Origin: an uncultured Clostridia bacterium
GTDB lineage: Bacteria > Bacillota > Clostridia > TANB77 > CAG-508
DNA length: 64,000 nucleotides
Direction of reading: 5' to 3'
Assembly: GCA_910589185.1 (NCBI GenBank)
Contig: CAJUSU010000002.1
Span: 1,831-65,830, forward strand
A program made the position numbers and the translations under genes. The notes beneath the pieces were generated by a model. That model made no database searches. It was given only the letters and a program-made list of their open reading frames with translations, and had not been told where the DNA came from. Positions 17,259-27,128 of the stretch are shown one piece after another (the stretch's first letter is position 1; every line of letters begins with the position of its first letter).

Positions 17259-20200
17259 ATGGAAGCAGCAGAAAAGATATATAGAGAAATATCAAAAGAA
17301 CTATTAAATACATTTTTTTACAATCGAAGAGTATTTGCAAAACAAGAAAAAGAAGATAGCGGAAAAGTAATATTTTTAACTAAATATCAAAGCATTGACA
17401 GTGTAAAAATAAAATATGCATTGCAAAATAAGCTTGCACTTATGACTTATCAACAAAATCAAAATAATTTAAGATGGGTTTGCTTAGATTTTGATATTCA
17501 AAAATGTGTGCAAAAAGAAAAGTACGATTTTTTGCAAGATATGCAATATAGAGAAAAGTTAATTGAAGATGTTGAAATTGCAATAAAAAAATTGAAAGAA
17601 TTAAATATTAATTATGTAATGGAATATTCGGGAAATAGAGGAATACATATTTGGATTTTCTTTGAAGAGGAAGTTAGTAAAGCTTTAGGATACACAATTA
17701 TAGAAAAAATATTAGAAAAAATAAAATTTAGATATACTTTTGTAGAAGACTCAGGAATTATGCTTGATAAATATCCTAAAAACGGAAATGCAGAAGGAAA
17801 TAGAATTGGATTAGGGGTAAAGATGCCTTTATCGTACCATCAAAAAAGTGAGTGTTATAGCTATATAATCGAAAAAACATCAGATATAAGAAGAATACAA
17901 GATTTAGACGTGGATTTCCTAAAATTTCAATTAGATATGTTAAGAAAAATAAAAAGGAATTCAGTCGATGCATTAATTAAAGTATTGAATATATCTAATA
18001 TTTTAAATTCAGAACAATTTAGTCGTATTAATGGAATGATAGAAAGAGAATATTCATTAGATGAAATCAAAAATATGCTAAAAAAGTCAAAGATATTTCA
18101 AAATATATTTAATAAGAGCAATCTATCAGAATACGAAAGAGATATATTAGTTGGAACACTAAGCCGAATAAGAAGTAGAAATAATCCAAGCTATGGAAAA
18201 GAGATTTTAAAAGACTTTTTTAAGACTTTAGATAACTATAACGAAGATATAACGACAAAAAAATTAGAAAAACTAGAAAATTTGTATCCCATTAAGATTG
18301 AAGAGATAGAGAAAAAATTAGGAATAAAATGCGAATATTGTAAAAAATATAAAATAAATAATACGATGGAATTAATTGATGGAATTGAGTTTGCTAGTTT
18401 TAATGAAAATAAAGTTTTGATTAATTGGGTTACCAAAGCAGAAATAGATTATTTAATAAATAATGATGAAGTTCCTTTAGAATTTATACAGAATAGATTA
18501 CAGAGATTAAAAGTAGACGAAATAGAGAAAAAAATAGAGAAAGTCAAAAAAGGAGAAGAACATCAAAGAATATTGCCATATAAGTATATACGTCATGAAA
18601 AAGAGAAGGATAGAATTTTATATTCTTATTCAGCTGAAGATAGAGTGATTTCAACTACCATTATGTTCTTAATAGATAATATTTTAGGAGGAGAGTACAC
18701 AAACAGTTCAAGTTATAGCTATAAAATAAATAGATATAAATATAAGAATTATAAAATATTCGAGCCATGGAATAACTTATGGATGAATTATAAGAAAGAT
18801 ATATCAGACAAAATTTACGATCCTAGTTATGATAATTATTATTTACTCAAGCTCGATTTAAGAAATTTTTATGATAGCATCAACCATATATTTTTAAGGG
18901 ACTATTTATATAATAGACCAACAGATAATATCAAGATGGTATTAAATAATATGGATTCAAAACAGAGAAATGAATATAAAAACTTATGTGAATTTTTGAT
19001 CCAATTATGTGAGTGTACAAATCCAGAACGTGGAGTGCCACAAGGACCAGCCTTTGCAAGATATTTAGCTGAGATATATATACACCAAATTGATTTACTT
19101 ATAAAAGCAGAAATAAATGAATATACTGAATTTTATTATAGATATGTTGATGATATTGTGATTTTAGTGGAAGATGGAGAAAAGGCTAAGAATATACTAA
19201 AAAAGATCACTGATAAATTAAAAGTATTAGATTTAGAAATGAACTATAAAAAGCAAATATTTGGGCAGGTAAAAGATATAAAATATGAAGTTATAAGTGA
19301 TGATATTGAAAAATACTTTATAGATGGAATTGAAGAAGAAACACCACAATTTATAAAAAATAAAGCTAAGTATATTTTGCAAAATATGTTTGAAAAGATT
19401 AAAAAAGATGAAAATGGAGAGTTAGATTATAAAAATATTCCATTCTTTCTTACTCATTTAATGGATGAAAAATATATAGAAACAAATAAAGAGGATATTA
19501 TTAAGTGCATTACTAATGCTAATATAGGTAGAGGAAGTATGTATAAGCATTTTTACAACAATATTATATTCAGAAATAATATTGAAGATTTAGGGTTCTA
19601 TGAGAAAATAGAGGGATTGTCTAGAGCTAATTTTATTGATGCACTACTAAAAAATTCTTATAGAGTAGAAAAATATATCTTACAGAAAATATATAATGAT
19701 TACATAGAAATAGGAGACCTACAAGAGTACGAAAAAATTGAACTATATATGTTAGCACTTCAAAATAATCTTACTTTCAATGAAAAGAAGATAGACTATA
19801 AGCTATTGCTAGATTGTATAAAATATACAAGTAAATTAAATTTAAATCAATCTATATTACATAACATATTAATAGAAATACAAAAAAACGACAACAAAGA
19901 AGAAAGATTAAAAGTTTTAGAAGAAATTCTTGGTAAGGCTGAAAGGATTGAGAGGATTGATGAATTTATTGATACTGTAGTATCAACAATAGAGCAAATT
20001 GATAATAACAAAGGTGTAAAAGTAGAAAATATGCAGGTACTATATAATTTAATTGCTTTTGCTACCTTATATCTAAATAATACACAAAAAGTAAGACAGA
20101 TATGGGAAGTATTACTAGATCAATATAATGAGCAGACATTAAATAAAAATGAATGGTATCGATATAGAGGAGTAATGTTGCAACATAAATATAATGACAG

Positions 20201-22445
20201 TACTATAATATCATTTTTAACAAGTGAATTATCAGGAGAAAATATAGTAGAAAATGAAGAAATTTCATATATAGAGTTAATGTATATAGCAAGTTTAATA
20301 ATTTATATATCCAAAATTGATATTGAAAATAAAATTCTTAATAATGAAGATTTAAAAGAAGCAATTAAGAAAATTGCTGAACAGAAGAATATGCTTATAT
20401 TAAAGTGGTGTATTGATGGGAATACAGAGTATTTTCCGAATAAAGAAATTGCATTATTAAATAGTCAATACAATGACAGAATAGTCATGATATGCAATAG
20501 GAATCAGTTATTAGTACGAGGGAGAAAAGAGATATTCGGGGACTCAAAAATCCAAAAAGAAGAATGTTGCATAGATGGAGAAGAGAGATTTTTTAAGATA
20601 TATAAAATAGATTCTCCTTTAGCAGATATATATCAAGTGCTGGATGGAAAAAACTTTTTTGAAGCATTAAAGTTGTTAGAAAATATTTTTTATGAAATTG
20701 AGAAAGAAACATTAGTTAATATTTTTGAAAAGGGAAGTATCGATTGTTTAGGAAAAGTAAAATATCAATATTCAAAATATGATAAAGTTTTTGTAGTAGA
20801 TGAAAGAATGATAAGCGAAAAGAGGATGGAGGAGATCTCAAGAATTATTATAGAGAAAATTTTACAACAAAATAAACTAGAGCCTTTCAAATATGAGTAT
20901 GGTAGAATTATTGAGTCTAATAATATATGCAGAGAATTTGTACCTAATATACTAAAAAGTTATTATGAGAAAATAGAATTTTTAATTGAATTGAATAAAA
21001 ATATAGAAGAAATACCGATAAATATGAGAAATAATGATTATGAAATTGAAAAAGCGAAAATACTCACATTAAAAAATTCTAAAATAGAAGTACTAAAAGA
21101 TAGAGAGGATTATGCTAGTAATTATAAAATTCTTAAATTATATAATACATTTAAAAATAGTAATACAGACAAAATTTTGTATGGAAAGGTGAAAGTTAAA
21201 GAGAATAATTTATTTGATGTAATTGACACTTTGAAAAATAGTATTTCTATGAATATAGACCATGATATAATAAAAAGTATACTAGAACAATTAGATAAAG
21301 ATTTAAATAATATAGAAGAAATAATAAAAATAGAAAGTAATCAAATTCAAAAAGTAACCTTTGAAACTAGTGAAGATGAAGAAACGAATAATATATTCAT
21401 TAATAAGACAAAATATAATATTAATGAATTAAGAATAATTGAATTTGGAAAGAAAGAAGGCATTGTAGGATTAAGTGAGAAAGATATCTTAAAACTAGCA
21501 ACTAGAAAATATACTTTTTTTGCAGAAAAGAATATTATTATATTGCCAGAATTTATAGAGAAGGTCTTAGAAATAATAAAAAATAAAGAAGATATATATG
21601 ATTCTAATAATATACTAAAAGAGGAACAACTAGGAAATAGCGCGTATTATAAACAAGCTATAAAAAATATAGAAATGCAAAATGACATATCAAAAGAAGA
21701 AGCAGAAAAGAAATTAAAGATGTTTTTAAGAAAATATGATTCTAAGTATTATGATGCAATAATAGAGCTAATTTCTAAATATAAAATTATAGATGAAGAA
21801 GATAGAAAAAATTTTATAAAGGAGCTAAAAAAATATTTAGATGATAATAATTATGTAGTTTGTTCCCTCAAAAATTATATTAATGACAGGAACGGACTGG
21901 ATTGTATCTTAAGAAAGGAAAAAGGGTTTGATAGAAGTGAAAGATATGCTAAACGATTGAGATTAAATTTATGTGAGAAAGAAGATAGTACGAAAGAAAA
22001 GATTGTTATAGTATCAGACATAGGAATAAGTGGAGGTCAAGCGAAAAAGAGACTAAATGATTGTAAAGTAAATTTAGCAAAATATAAAGAAGTGATATTT
22101 TTAAATTGCATATATACTGATAAATATAAAGAAAACATGACAAAAGAATGGAAGGAGTTAAAGATAAAATTTAAGGGTAGAGAGATAAAATCAAGCCAAT
22201 ATATGTATAATAAGTTGCATAATAAGTCTAAAGTAAGATTAGAAGAATTTTTTCAAGAAGAAGAAAATAGAAAAATATTAGAATTGAAAATGCCATTTAA
22301 CGAAAAGGTGACTTATAGACGATATATTCAAGAGATAGAAAAAGAAGATACTATAAATATATTATTAGGAAGATTTAAAAGTATGCCAAAACCTCATCAT
22401 ATTATATTTGATGATACTATCTTTAAGTATAGAAAAGATAAGTAA
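17259..22445 (+). CDS. Giant multidomain protein (1,728 aa): N-terminal AEP primase-polymerase domain, reverse transcriptase domain, long unassigned C-terminal region
   Basis: AEP motifs: WVCLDFDI (DxD, nt 17487-17495), YSGNRGIHIW (nt 17628-), and LDKYP...GVKMPLSYHQKS. RT motifs: DRILYSYSAEDRVISTTIMF (RT1/2, nt ~18600), YLLKLDLRNFYDSINH (motif A, nt ~18841), RGVPQGPAFARYLAEIY (motif B, nt ~19031), YRYVDDIVILV (YxDD, nt ~19141), and AKNILKKITDKLKVLDLEMNYKK. Near the C-terminus is KIVIVSDIGISGGQAKK (nt ~21996-22050), which is PRTase-loop-like. Confidence 0.85.
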   Translation: MEAAEKIYREISKELLNTFFYNRRVFAKQEKEDSGKVIFLTKYQSIDSVKIKYALQNKLALMTYQQNQNNLRWVCLDFDIQKCVQKEKYDFLQDMQYREKLIEDVEIAIKKLKELNINYVMEYSGNRGIHIWIFFEEEVSKALGYTIIEKILEKIKFRYTFVEDSGIMLDKYPKNGNAEGNRIGLGVKMPLSYHQKSECYSYIIEKTSDIRRIQDLDVDFLKFQLDMLRKIKRNSVDALIKVLNISNILNSEQFSRINGMIEREYSLDEIKNMLKKSKIFQNIFNKSNLSEYERDILVGTLSRIRSRNNPSYGKEILKDFFKTLDNYNEDITTKKLEKLENLYPIKIEEIEKKLGIKCEYCKKYKINNTMELIDGIEFASFNENKVLINWVTKAEIDYLINNDEVPLEFIQNRLQRLKVDEIEKKIEKVKKGEEHQRILPYKYIRHEKEKDRILYSYSAEDRVISTTIMFLIDNILGGEYTNSSSYSYKINRYKYKNYKIFEPWNNLWMNYKKDISDKIYDPSYDNYYLLKLDLRNFYDSINHIFLRDYLYNRPTDNIKMVLNNMDSKQRNEYKNLCEFLIQLCECTNPERGVPQGPAFARYLAEIYIHQIDLLIKAEINEYTEFYYRYVDDIVILVEDGEKAKNILKKITDKLKVLDLEMNYKKQIFGQVKDIKYEVISDDIEKYFIDGIEEETPQFIKNKAKYILQNMFEKIKKDENGELDYKNIPFFLTHLMDEKYIETNKEDIIKCITNANIGRGSMYKHFYNNIIFRNNIEDLGFYEKIEGLSRANFIDALLKNSYRVEKYILQKIYNDYIEIGDLQEYEKIELYMLALQNNLTFNEKKIDYKLLLDCIKYTSKLNLNQSILHNILIEIQKNDNKEERLKVLEEILGKAERIERIDEFIDTVVSTIEQIDNNKGVKVENMQVLYNLIAFATLYLNNTQKVRQIWEVLLDQYNEQTLNKNEWYRYRGVMLQHKYNDSTIISFLTSELSGENIVENEEISYIELMYIASLIIYISKIDIENKILNNEDLKEAIKKIAEQKNMLILKWCIDGNTEYFPNKEIALLNSQYNDRIVMICNRNQLLVRGRKEIFGDSKIQKEECCIDGEERFFKIYKIDSPLADIYQVLDGKNFFEALKLLENIFYEIEKETLVNIFEKGSIDCLGKVKYQYSKYDKVFVVDERMISEKRMEEISRIIIEKILQQNKLEPFKYEYGRIIESNNICREFVPNILKSYYEKIEFLIELNKNIEEIPINMRNNDYEIEKAKILTLKNSKIEVLKDREDYASNYKILKLYNTFKNSNTDKILYGKVKVKENNLFDVIDTLKNSISMNIDHDIIKSILEQLDKDLNNIEEIIKIESNQIQKVTFETSEDEETNNIFINKTKYNINELRIIEFGKKEGIVGLSEKDILKLATRKYTFFAEKNIIILPEFIEKVLEIIKNKEDIYDSNNILKEEQLGNSAYYKQAIKNIEMQNDISKEEAEKKLKMFLRKYDSKYYDAIIELISKYKIIDEEDRKNFIKELKKYLDDNNYVVCSLKNYINDRNGLDCILRKEKGFDRSERYAKRLRLNLCEKEDSTKEKIVIVSDIGISGGQAKKRLNDCKVNLAKYKEVIFLNCIYTDKYKENMTKEWKELKIKFKGREIKSSQYMYNKLHNKSKVRLEEFFQEEENRKILELKMPFNEKVTYRRYIQEIEKEDTINILLGRFKSMPKPHHIIFDDTIFKYRKDK

Positions 22446-22458
22446 TAAGGAGCTAACA

Positions 22459-23043
22459 TTGGAAGAACAAAAACTAAACTATCTTTACGCACAATGTCTA
22501 AATGAACTGATATTCATAGGAATTGATATAAAGAATCAAGAGTTAATAGGAAATATTGACATCAAACTAACAAAAAGAGCAAGCAAAAGATATGGATGTT
22601 GTAAACAGGAAAATCCAGATAAAAAATATAAAATCATACAAAAGAGAGGACATCATAAAATAATCAAATATGAAAAATTTCAGAGCCATCATATTGAGAT
22701 TAGTAATTGGGTTATGAAATTAAACGATGATATCATCAAAAATACAATTATGCATGAACTAATACATTGTATTCCATTTTGCAATAACCATGGAAAAGAA
22801 TTCAAAAAATATGCTAACTATATTAATGAAAAATTAGATTATCATATTACTACAAAAGGAAATATAGAGGAAGATTATAAAGCAAGCCAGCTAGAATATG
22901 TAGAAGTAAATGACTACAAATATAAAATTCAATGTGAAAATTGTGGTCAAGTTATTTACCGAAAAAGATTTAATCCTAGCTTGATAAAAAGATATCGTTG
23001 TGGAAAATGTAAGGGAAAGCTAAAATTAGTAGAAGCAAAATAG
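22459..23043 (+). CDS. SprT-like zinc metalloprotease with a C-terminal zinc ribbon
   Basis: AAGGAG RBS (22447-22452) then TTG at 22459, 14 nt after the RT stop (the track start at 22408 overlaps the RT gene). Motifs RASKRYGCCK and HExxH in IMHELIHCIPFCNNHGKEF. Zinc ribbon CENCGQ...RYRCGKCKGKL. Confidence 0.75.
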   Translation: MEEQKLNYLYAQCLNELIFIGIDIKNQELIGNIDIKLTKRASKRYGCCKQENPDKKYKIIQKRGHHKIIKYEKFQSHHIEISNWVMKLNDDIIKNTIMHELIHCIPFCNNHGKEFKKYANYINEKLDYHITTKGNIEEDYKASQLEYVEVNDYKYKIQCENCGQVIYRKRFNPSLIKRYRCGKCKGKLKLVEAK

Positions 23044-23078
23044 CAAGGGTAGAAGAAAATATGCTCTTGCTATTTTTT
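23041..23078 (+). terminator. Terminator closing the RT-SprT unit
   Basis: Stem tagcaag (23041-23047) with cttgcta (23066-23072), followed by TTTTTT. Confidence 0.55.
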
Positions 23079-23314
23079 GAAAAAATTTTGATAAGAATAA
23101 ACTTTTGATAAAATTTGATTAGGGTACTTATCTATTAACATAATTATAACACTAAAGCAAGGTCGAAATTTGTAGAAATCGGTCAACAGACTGCAAAAAG
23201 GTAAAAAACATAATAAATACTATAACGAACATTAAAAAACTTGTCAAAAAAAGTAGAAAATTGACGAAAAGAAGCGAGGGAACAAACTAAATGAAATAAA
23301 ATTTGCAAAAGTGC

Positions 23315-23343
23315 TTGCAAAAGGAAATACAATTCGTTACAAT
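23315..23343 (+). promoter_or_regulatory. Candidate sigma-A promoter for comM
   Basis: -35 TTGCAA (23315-23320), 17-nt spacer, -10 TACAAT (23338-23343). Confidence 0.4.
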
Positions 23344-23412
23344 AACATTATTATTTCAATTGATTTATTTCAAAAAATTATTTCGAAAAACAATCCAAAG
23401 GAGAAATTTAAA

Positions 23413-24951
23413 ATGTTATCTATTACAAAATCTATGACCTTGCATGGACTACAAGGCTTTTTAATTGACGTGCAAGTAGATGTTTCAGCAGGAATGCCAG
23501 CATGGGATGTTGTGGGGCTCCCAGATATTAGTGTAAGAGAAGCTAAAGAAAGAGTTAGGACAGCTATTAAAAATTCAGGCTATGAGTTACTTAGTAGGAA
23601 AATTGTAGTTAACTTAGCACCAGCAGATATTAAAAAAGAAGGATCCACTTTTGATTTGCCAATTGCAGTTGGTATATTAATGAGTTTAGAAATCATCTAT
23701 GGCAAAGGAAATCAAGACACTTTATTAATAGGAGAACTATCTTTAAATGGAAACCTTAATCCAATTGAAGGTGCATTACCAATTTGTATTGAAGCTAAAA
23801 AGTTAGGAATTAAGAAAGTAATTTTACCACAAGCAAATGCAAAAGAAGCGTCCATCATAGAAGGGATAGAAATACTAGGAGCCTATGACTTAACAGAAGT
23901 AGTAAACTATTTTAATGGAGATAGCAAAATACAAAGTTATCATACAGACTGGAAAGAATGTACAAAGAATAGGCAACAAGAGTCATTAGACTTTGCAGAT
24001 GTCAAAGGACAAGAAAATGTTAAAAGAGCAGTAGAGGTTGCTGCTGCAGGAGGACATAATTGTTTACTTATTCGGAAGCCCAGGTTCCCGGAAAAACAAT
24101 GATAGCTAAAAGAATCCCATCCATATTACCAGATTTGAGTTTCGAAGAAGCTTTAGAAATTACTAAAATTCATAGTATAGCAGGAATTTTAAAATCAGAA
24201 ATTCCAATCATTACAACTAGACCATTTCGTTCACCTCATCATACTATCTCAGCCACCTCATTAATAGGAGGTGGAAGAATTCCAAAACCAGGAGAAATTA
24301 GTTTATCCCATTATGGTGTTTTATTCTTAGACGAACTCCCAGAATTTAATCAACATACTTTAGAAGTCCTGCGAGGACCATTAGAAGATGGAACAGTTAC
24401 AATTAGTAGAGTAAATGCTAGCTTTACATATCCTTGTGAGTTTATGTTTGTTGCATCCATGAATCCATGTCCTTGCGGATATTATGGTTCACCAGATAAA
24501 GAATGTTCTTGCAATCCGCAAACAATCAGTAAATATATGGGAAAGATAAGTCGGACCTTTATTAGATAGAATTGATATTCAAATAGAAGTAAGCCCTGTC
24601 AAATATGAAAAATTAGGAAAAGAAGAAAAAACAGAAACCTCACAAGAAATTAAGAAAAGAGTAAACCAAGCAAGAGAGACTCAGAGGAAGAGATATAAGG
24701 AAGAAGCAATTTTCTCTAACGCAGCACTAACTCCAAAGCTAATGGAAAAATATTGCAAATTAGATGAAGAGAGCAAGAAAATACTAGAAATGGCTTTTGA
24801 AAAATTAGGACTTAGTGCTAGAGCTTATGGACGTATTTTAAAAGTAGCAAGGACCATTGCGGATTTAGCAAGTTCAGAGCAAATACAAAAAAATCACATA
24901 GCAGAAGCTATACAATATAGAAGTTTAGATAAAAAATATAGGAGGAATTAG
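23413..24951 (+). pseudogene. comM: ComM/YifB Mg-chelatase-like ATPase, frame broken three times
   Basis: AAGGAGA RBS then ATG 23413 (MLSITKSMTLHGLQGFLIDVQVDVS...). Track ORFs 23311-24102, 24060-24569 and 24742-24951 are consecutive pieces of one gene. Removing single C residues at 24073, 24087-24089 and 24552 restores ...[18 protein letters not shown]... (Walker A) and ...[16 protein letters not shown]..., giving 511 aa. Confidence 0.9.
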
Positions 24952-24990
24952 TGTCAGATTGGGAACGTTCCTTTTTCTGACACTTTTGTC
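24951..24990 (+). terminator. Terminator after comM
   Basis: Stem gtgtcaga (24951-24958) with tctgacac (24976-24983), enclosing the ggaacgttcc palindrome, followed by TTTTG. Confidence 0.55.
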
Positions 24991-25025
24991 AGGTTGGGGA
25001 CACACCTTATAGCACGAAAAAGAAA

Positions 25026-25871
25026 ATGAAAGTTATCATACAAAAAGACGAAAACTATCCAAAGCGATTATTACAAATACAAAATCCACCAAAAAAATTA
25101 TATGTAGAAGGAAACGAAAAGTTATTAAATCAAGATGCCATAGCAATAGTTGGCACAAGAAATTGTACTAAATATGGTGAAAAATGTGCTAGCAAATTTG
25201 CAAGAGAATTATCTAAAAAAGGAATATGCATTGTCAGTGGACTAGCCAGAGGCATTGATTCCACTGCACATATGAATTCCATGGAGCAAGAAGGAAAAAC
25301 AATTGCAGTATTAGGAAGTGGATTTAACCATATTTATCCTAAAGAAAACCAATATTTATACCAAAAAATTATAGAAAACGGTGGATGTATTGTGACAGAA
25401 TATCCACCAGAAACACCAGTAGACAAAGCAAAATTTCCTAAGAGAAATCGAATTATTAGTGGCTTAGCTATGGGGGTATTAATTATAGAAGCAAGATATA
25501 GAAGTGGGACATCTATTACGGCAAAATATGCAATGAGTCAGCACAAAGAGGTATTCTGCATACCACATCCATTAGACACTCCAACAGGATATATACCAAA
25601 CCTATTCATTCAGCAAGGGGCTCAATTAGTTACATCAGGAAGTGATATTTTACAATATTATAGCGAAGACGATAAATATCAAAACCAAGAAGTAGCAGAA
25701 GAATACGAAGAAATCTATAACTTAATTGGGCAATTACCAATTTCAGCTAACAATATTGCTCAAATACAACAAATAGATATTGCAAAAGTAACTGAAAGTT
25801 TATTTATGTTGGAATTAGACGGCTTTATTAAGCAATTACCAGGGAATGTGTATATTAGAAATAATAAATAA
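25026..25871 (+). CDS. dprA: DNA-processing protein DprA
   Basis: Rossmann-like DprA core: AIVGTRNCTKYG, VSGLARGIDSTAH, FPKRNRIISGLA. A winged-helix-like C-terminal domain follows. Confidence 0.9.
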   Translation: MKVIIQKDENYPKRLLQIQNPPKKLYVEGNEKLLNQDAIAIVGTRNCTKYGEKCASKFARELSKKGICIVSGLARGIDSTAHMNSMEQEGKTIAVLGSGFNHIYPKENQYLYQKIIENGGCIVTEYPPETPVDKAKFPKRNRIISGLAMGVLIIEARYRSGTSITAKYAMSQHKEVFCIPHPLDTPTGYIPNLFIQQGAQLVTSGSDILQYYSEDDKYQNQEVAEEYEEIYNLIGQLPISANNIAQIQQIDIAKVTESLFMLELDGFIKQLPGNVYIRNNK

Positions 25872-25892
25872 AATTAAAAAAGGAGTGAGACG

Positions 25893-26246
25893 ATGTATGC
25901 AAGACATGAAATAGGAAAAGAAGGAGAAGAAGAAGCAACAAAATATTTAGAAAGGCAAGGCTATCAAATTGTGCAAAGAAATTTTTCATGCAGACAAGGA
26001 GAAATAGATATTATTGCAAAAGACAAGAAAGAATATGTTTTTATTGAAGTAAAGACAAGACAAAATAGGCATTATGGTATGCCATGCGAAGCAGTTGATG
26101 AAAGAAAACAAAAGCATATCTGGAATGCCACAAAATATTATTTACATATTTATAAATTAGAAAATCAATATATTCGATTTGATGTGATAGAGGTGTATAA
26201 GAAAAAAGGTGAGTTTTTTATTCATCATATTAAGCAGATAATGTGA
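25893..26246 (+). CDS. yraN: YraN family (UPF0102) endonuclease-like protein
   Basis: 117 aa. GEEEATKYLERQGYQIVQRNFSCRQGEIDIIAKD...FIEVKTR is the signature of UPF0102/YraN. Confidence 0.85.
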   Translation: MYARHEIGKEGEEEATKYLERQGYQIVQRNFSCRQGEIDIIAKDKKEYVFIEVKTRQNRHYGMPCEAVDERKQKHIWNATKYYLHIYKLENQYIRFDVIEVYKKKGEFFIHHIKQIM

Positions 26247-26395
26247 TTCTAAAAATGTAAAACATTTCGACAAAATATGAAGACAAAACAAAAATAATAT
26301 GATAGAATTAAACCGCAAAATTCATAAATAAAAGTATTATTTTTACCTAAAGGATAATGAAATCAAAAAGTAAAAGAACAAGAAAGGAGGAAAAA

Positions 26396-27116
26396 ATGCG
26401 TTATCAACTAACATTTGAATTAAACAATGAAAAATTTCCATTGGATTACAGAAGAACCATTATGAGTTACATCAAAAATGCTTTATCGCAACATGACAAA
26501 GATACTTATCAAAAATATTATCATGACAAAGATCCTATTGTAAAACCATTTACTTTTTCAGTGTATTTTAACAGTCCAATATTTGAAAAAGAAACTATTA
26601 TCATTAAAGATCACACAATTAAACTCAATCTTTCCATTCAAGACTATTCTCTAGCTATTATCTTATACAATAGCATCAATCACCAAAGAAATATTCCATT
26701 TCCAATTGCAAATAATAATATGACTTTAAAAAATATTACTATGATACCAGAAGATGAAATTGCAACAAATCAAATTACAATTAAATTTATGTCACCACTT
26801 GTAGTACGTGAAAGAAAAGCGCAAAAAGACTGGTATTACTTCTATAGTGAAGAAAGTAAATTTCAAGAAGTTTTAAAACAGAATTTAAAAGAGCAATTAT
26901 CCATTAGTAAAATTCCACTAGAAACAATAGAGAATTTTGAAATACGAGCAATACAACCAAAGAAAACAATTATCCAATTTTATGAAAAGAAAATAGAAGC
27001 ATCTGTAGGTACTTATGTTTTAAAAGGCGATAAAGACTTGCTTAAATTTCTCTATCAATGTGGTATGCGGAAGCAAGCACTCAGCAGGATTCGGAATGTT
27101 TTCAATTATCAAGTAA
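26396..27116 (+). pseudogene. cas6: Cas6 (type I-B crRNA endoribonuclease), frameshifted near the 3' end
   Basis: AAAGGAGG RBS then ATG 26396. As written, the frame runs on to 27154 and loses the glycine-rich motif. Deleting C27068 gives ...LYQCGMGSKHSAGFGMFSIIK* (canonical Cas6 GxGxxxSxGFG end) with stop at 27114-27116, just before the cas8b RBS. Restored length 239 aa. Confidence 0.85.
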
Positions 27117-27128
27117 AGGAGGTGCCAA

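Noticed and set aside
22408-22458. Track start at 22408 for the SprT-like gene, overlapping the RT gene by 38 nt
   Set aside because: An AAGGAG RBS at 22447-22452 followed by an in-frame TTG at 22459 gives a conventional start just after the RT stop. The upstream extension has no RBS.
16907-23400. The RT as a group II intron protein (GTGCG occurs at 16907), a retron, or a DGR RT
   Set aside because: - There is no maturase/X domain.
- Only ~350 nt precede the ORF, and they lack group II domain I-III-like structure.
- No domain V-like GC-rich hairpin follows the ORF; a protein gene follows instead.
- I found no template/variable repeat pair, and the protein is 4-5 times the size of retron or DGR RTs.
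- GTGCG is a 5-mer easily found by chance.
24060-24110. Programmed ribosomal frameshifting or transcriptional slippage as the explanation for the broken genes
   Set aside because: - There are no slippery heptamers or long homopolymers at the sites.
- Three separate shifts would be needed within comM, two of them inside the Walker A codons.
- A sequence artefact or plain mutation is far more parsimonious.
16932-25004. GGGGACACA at 16932 and 24996 as attL/attR of an element carrying the RT
   Set aside because: - The interval would include the conserved comM gene.
- The repeat is only 9 nt, with no recombinase inside.
- It is more likely a local binding motif or coincidence. I keep it only as a note in two findings.
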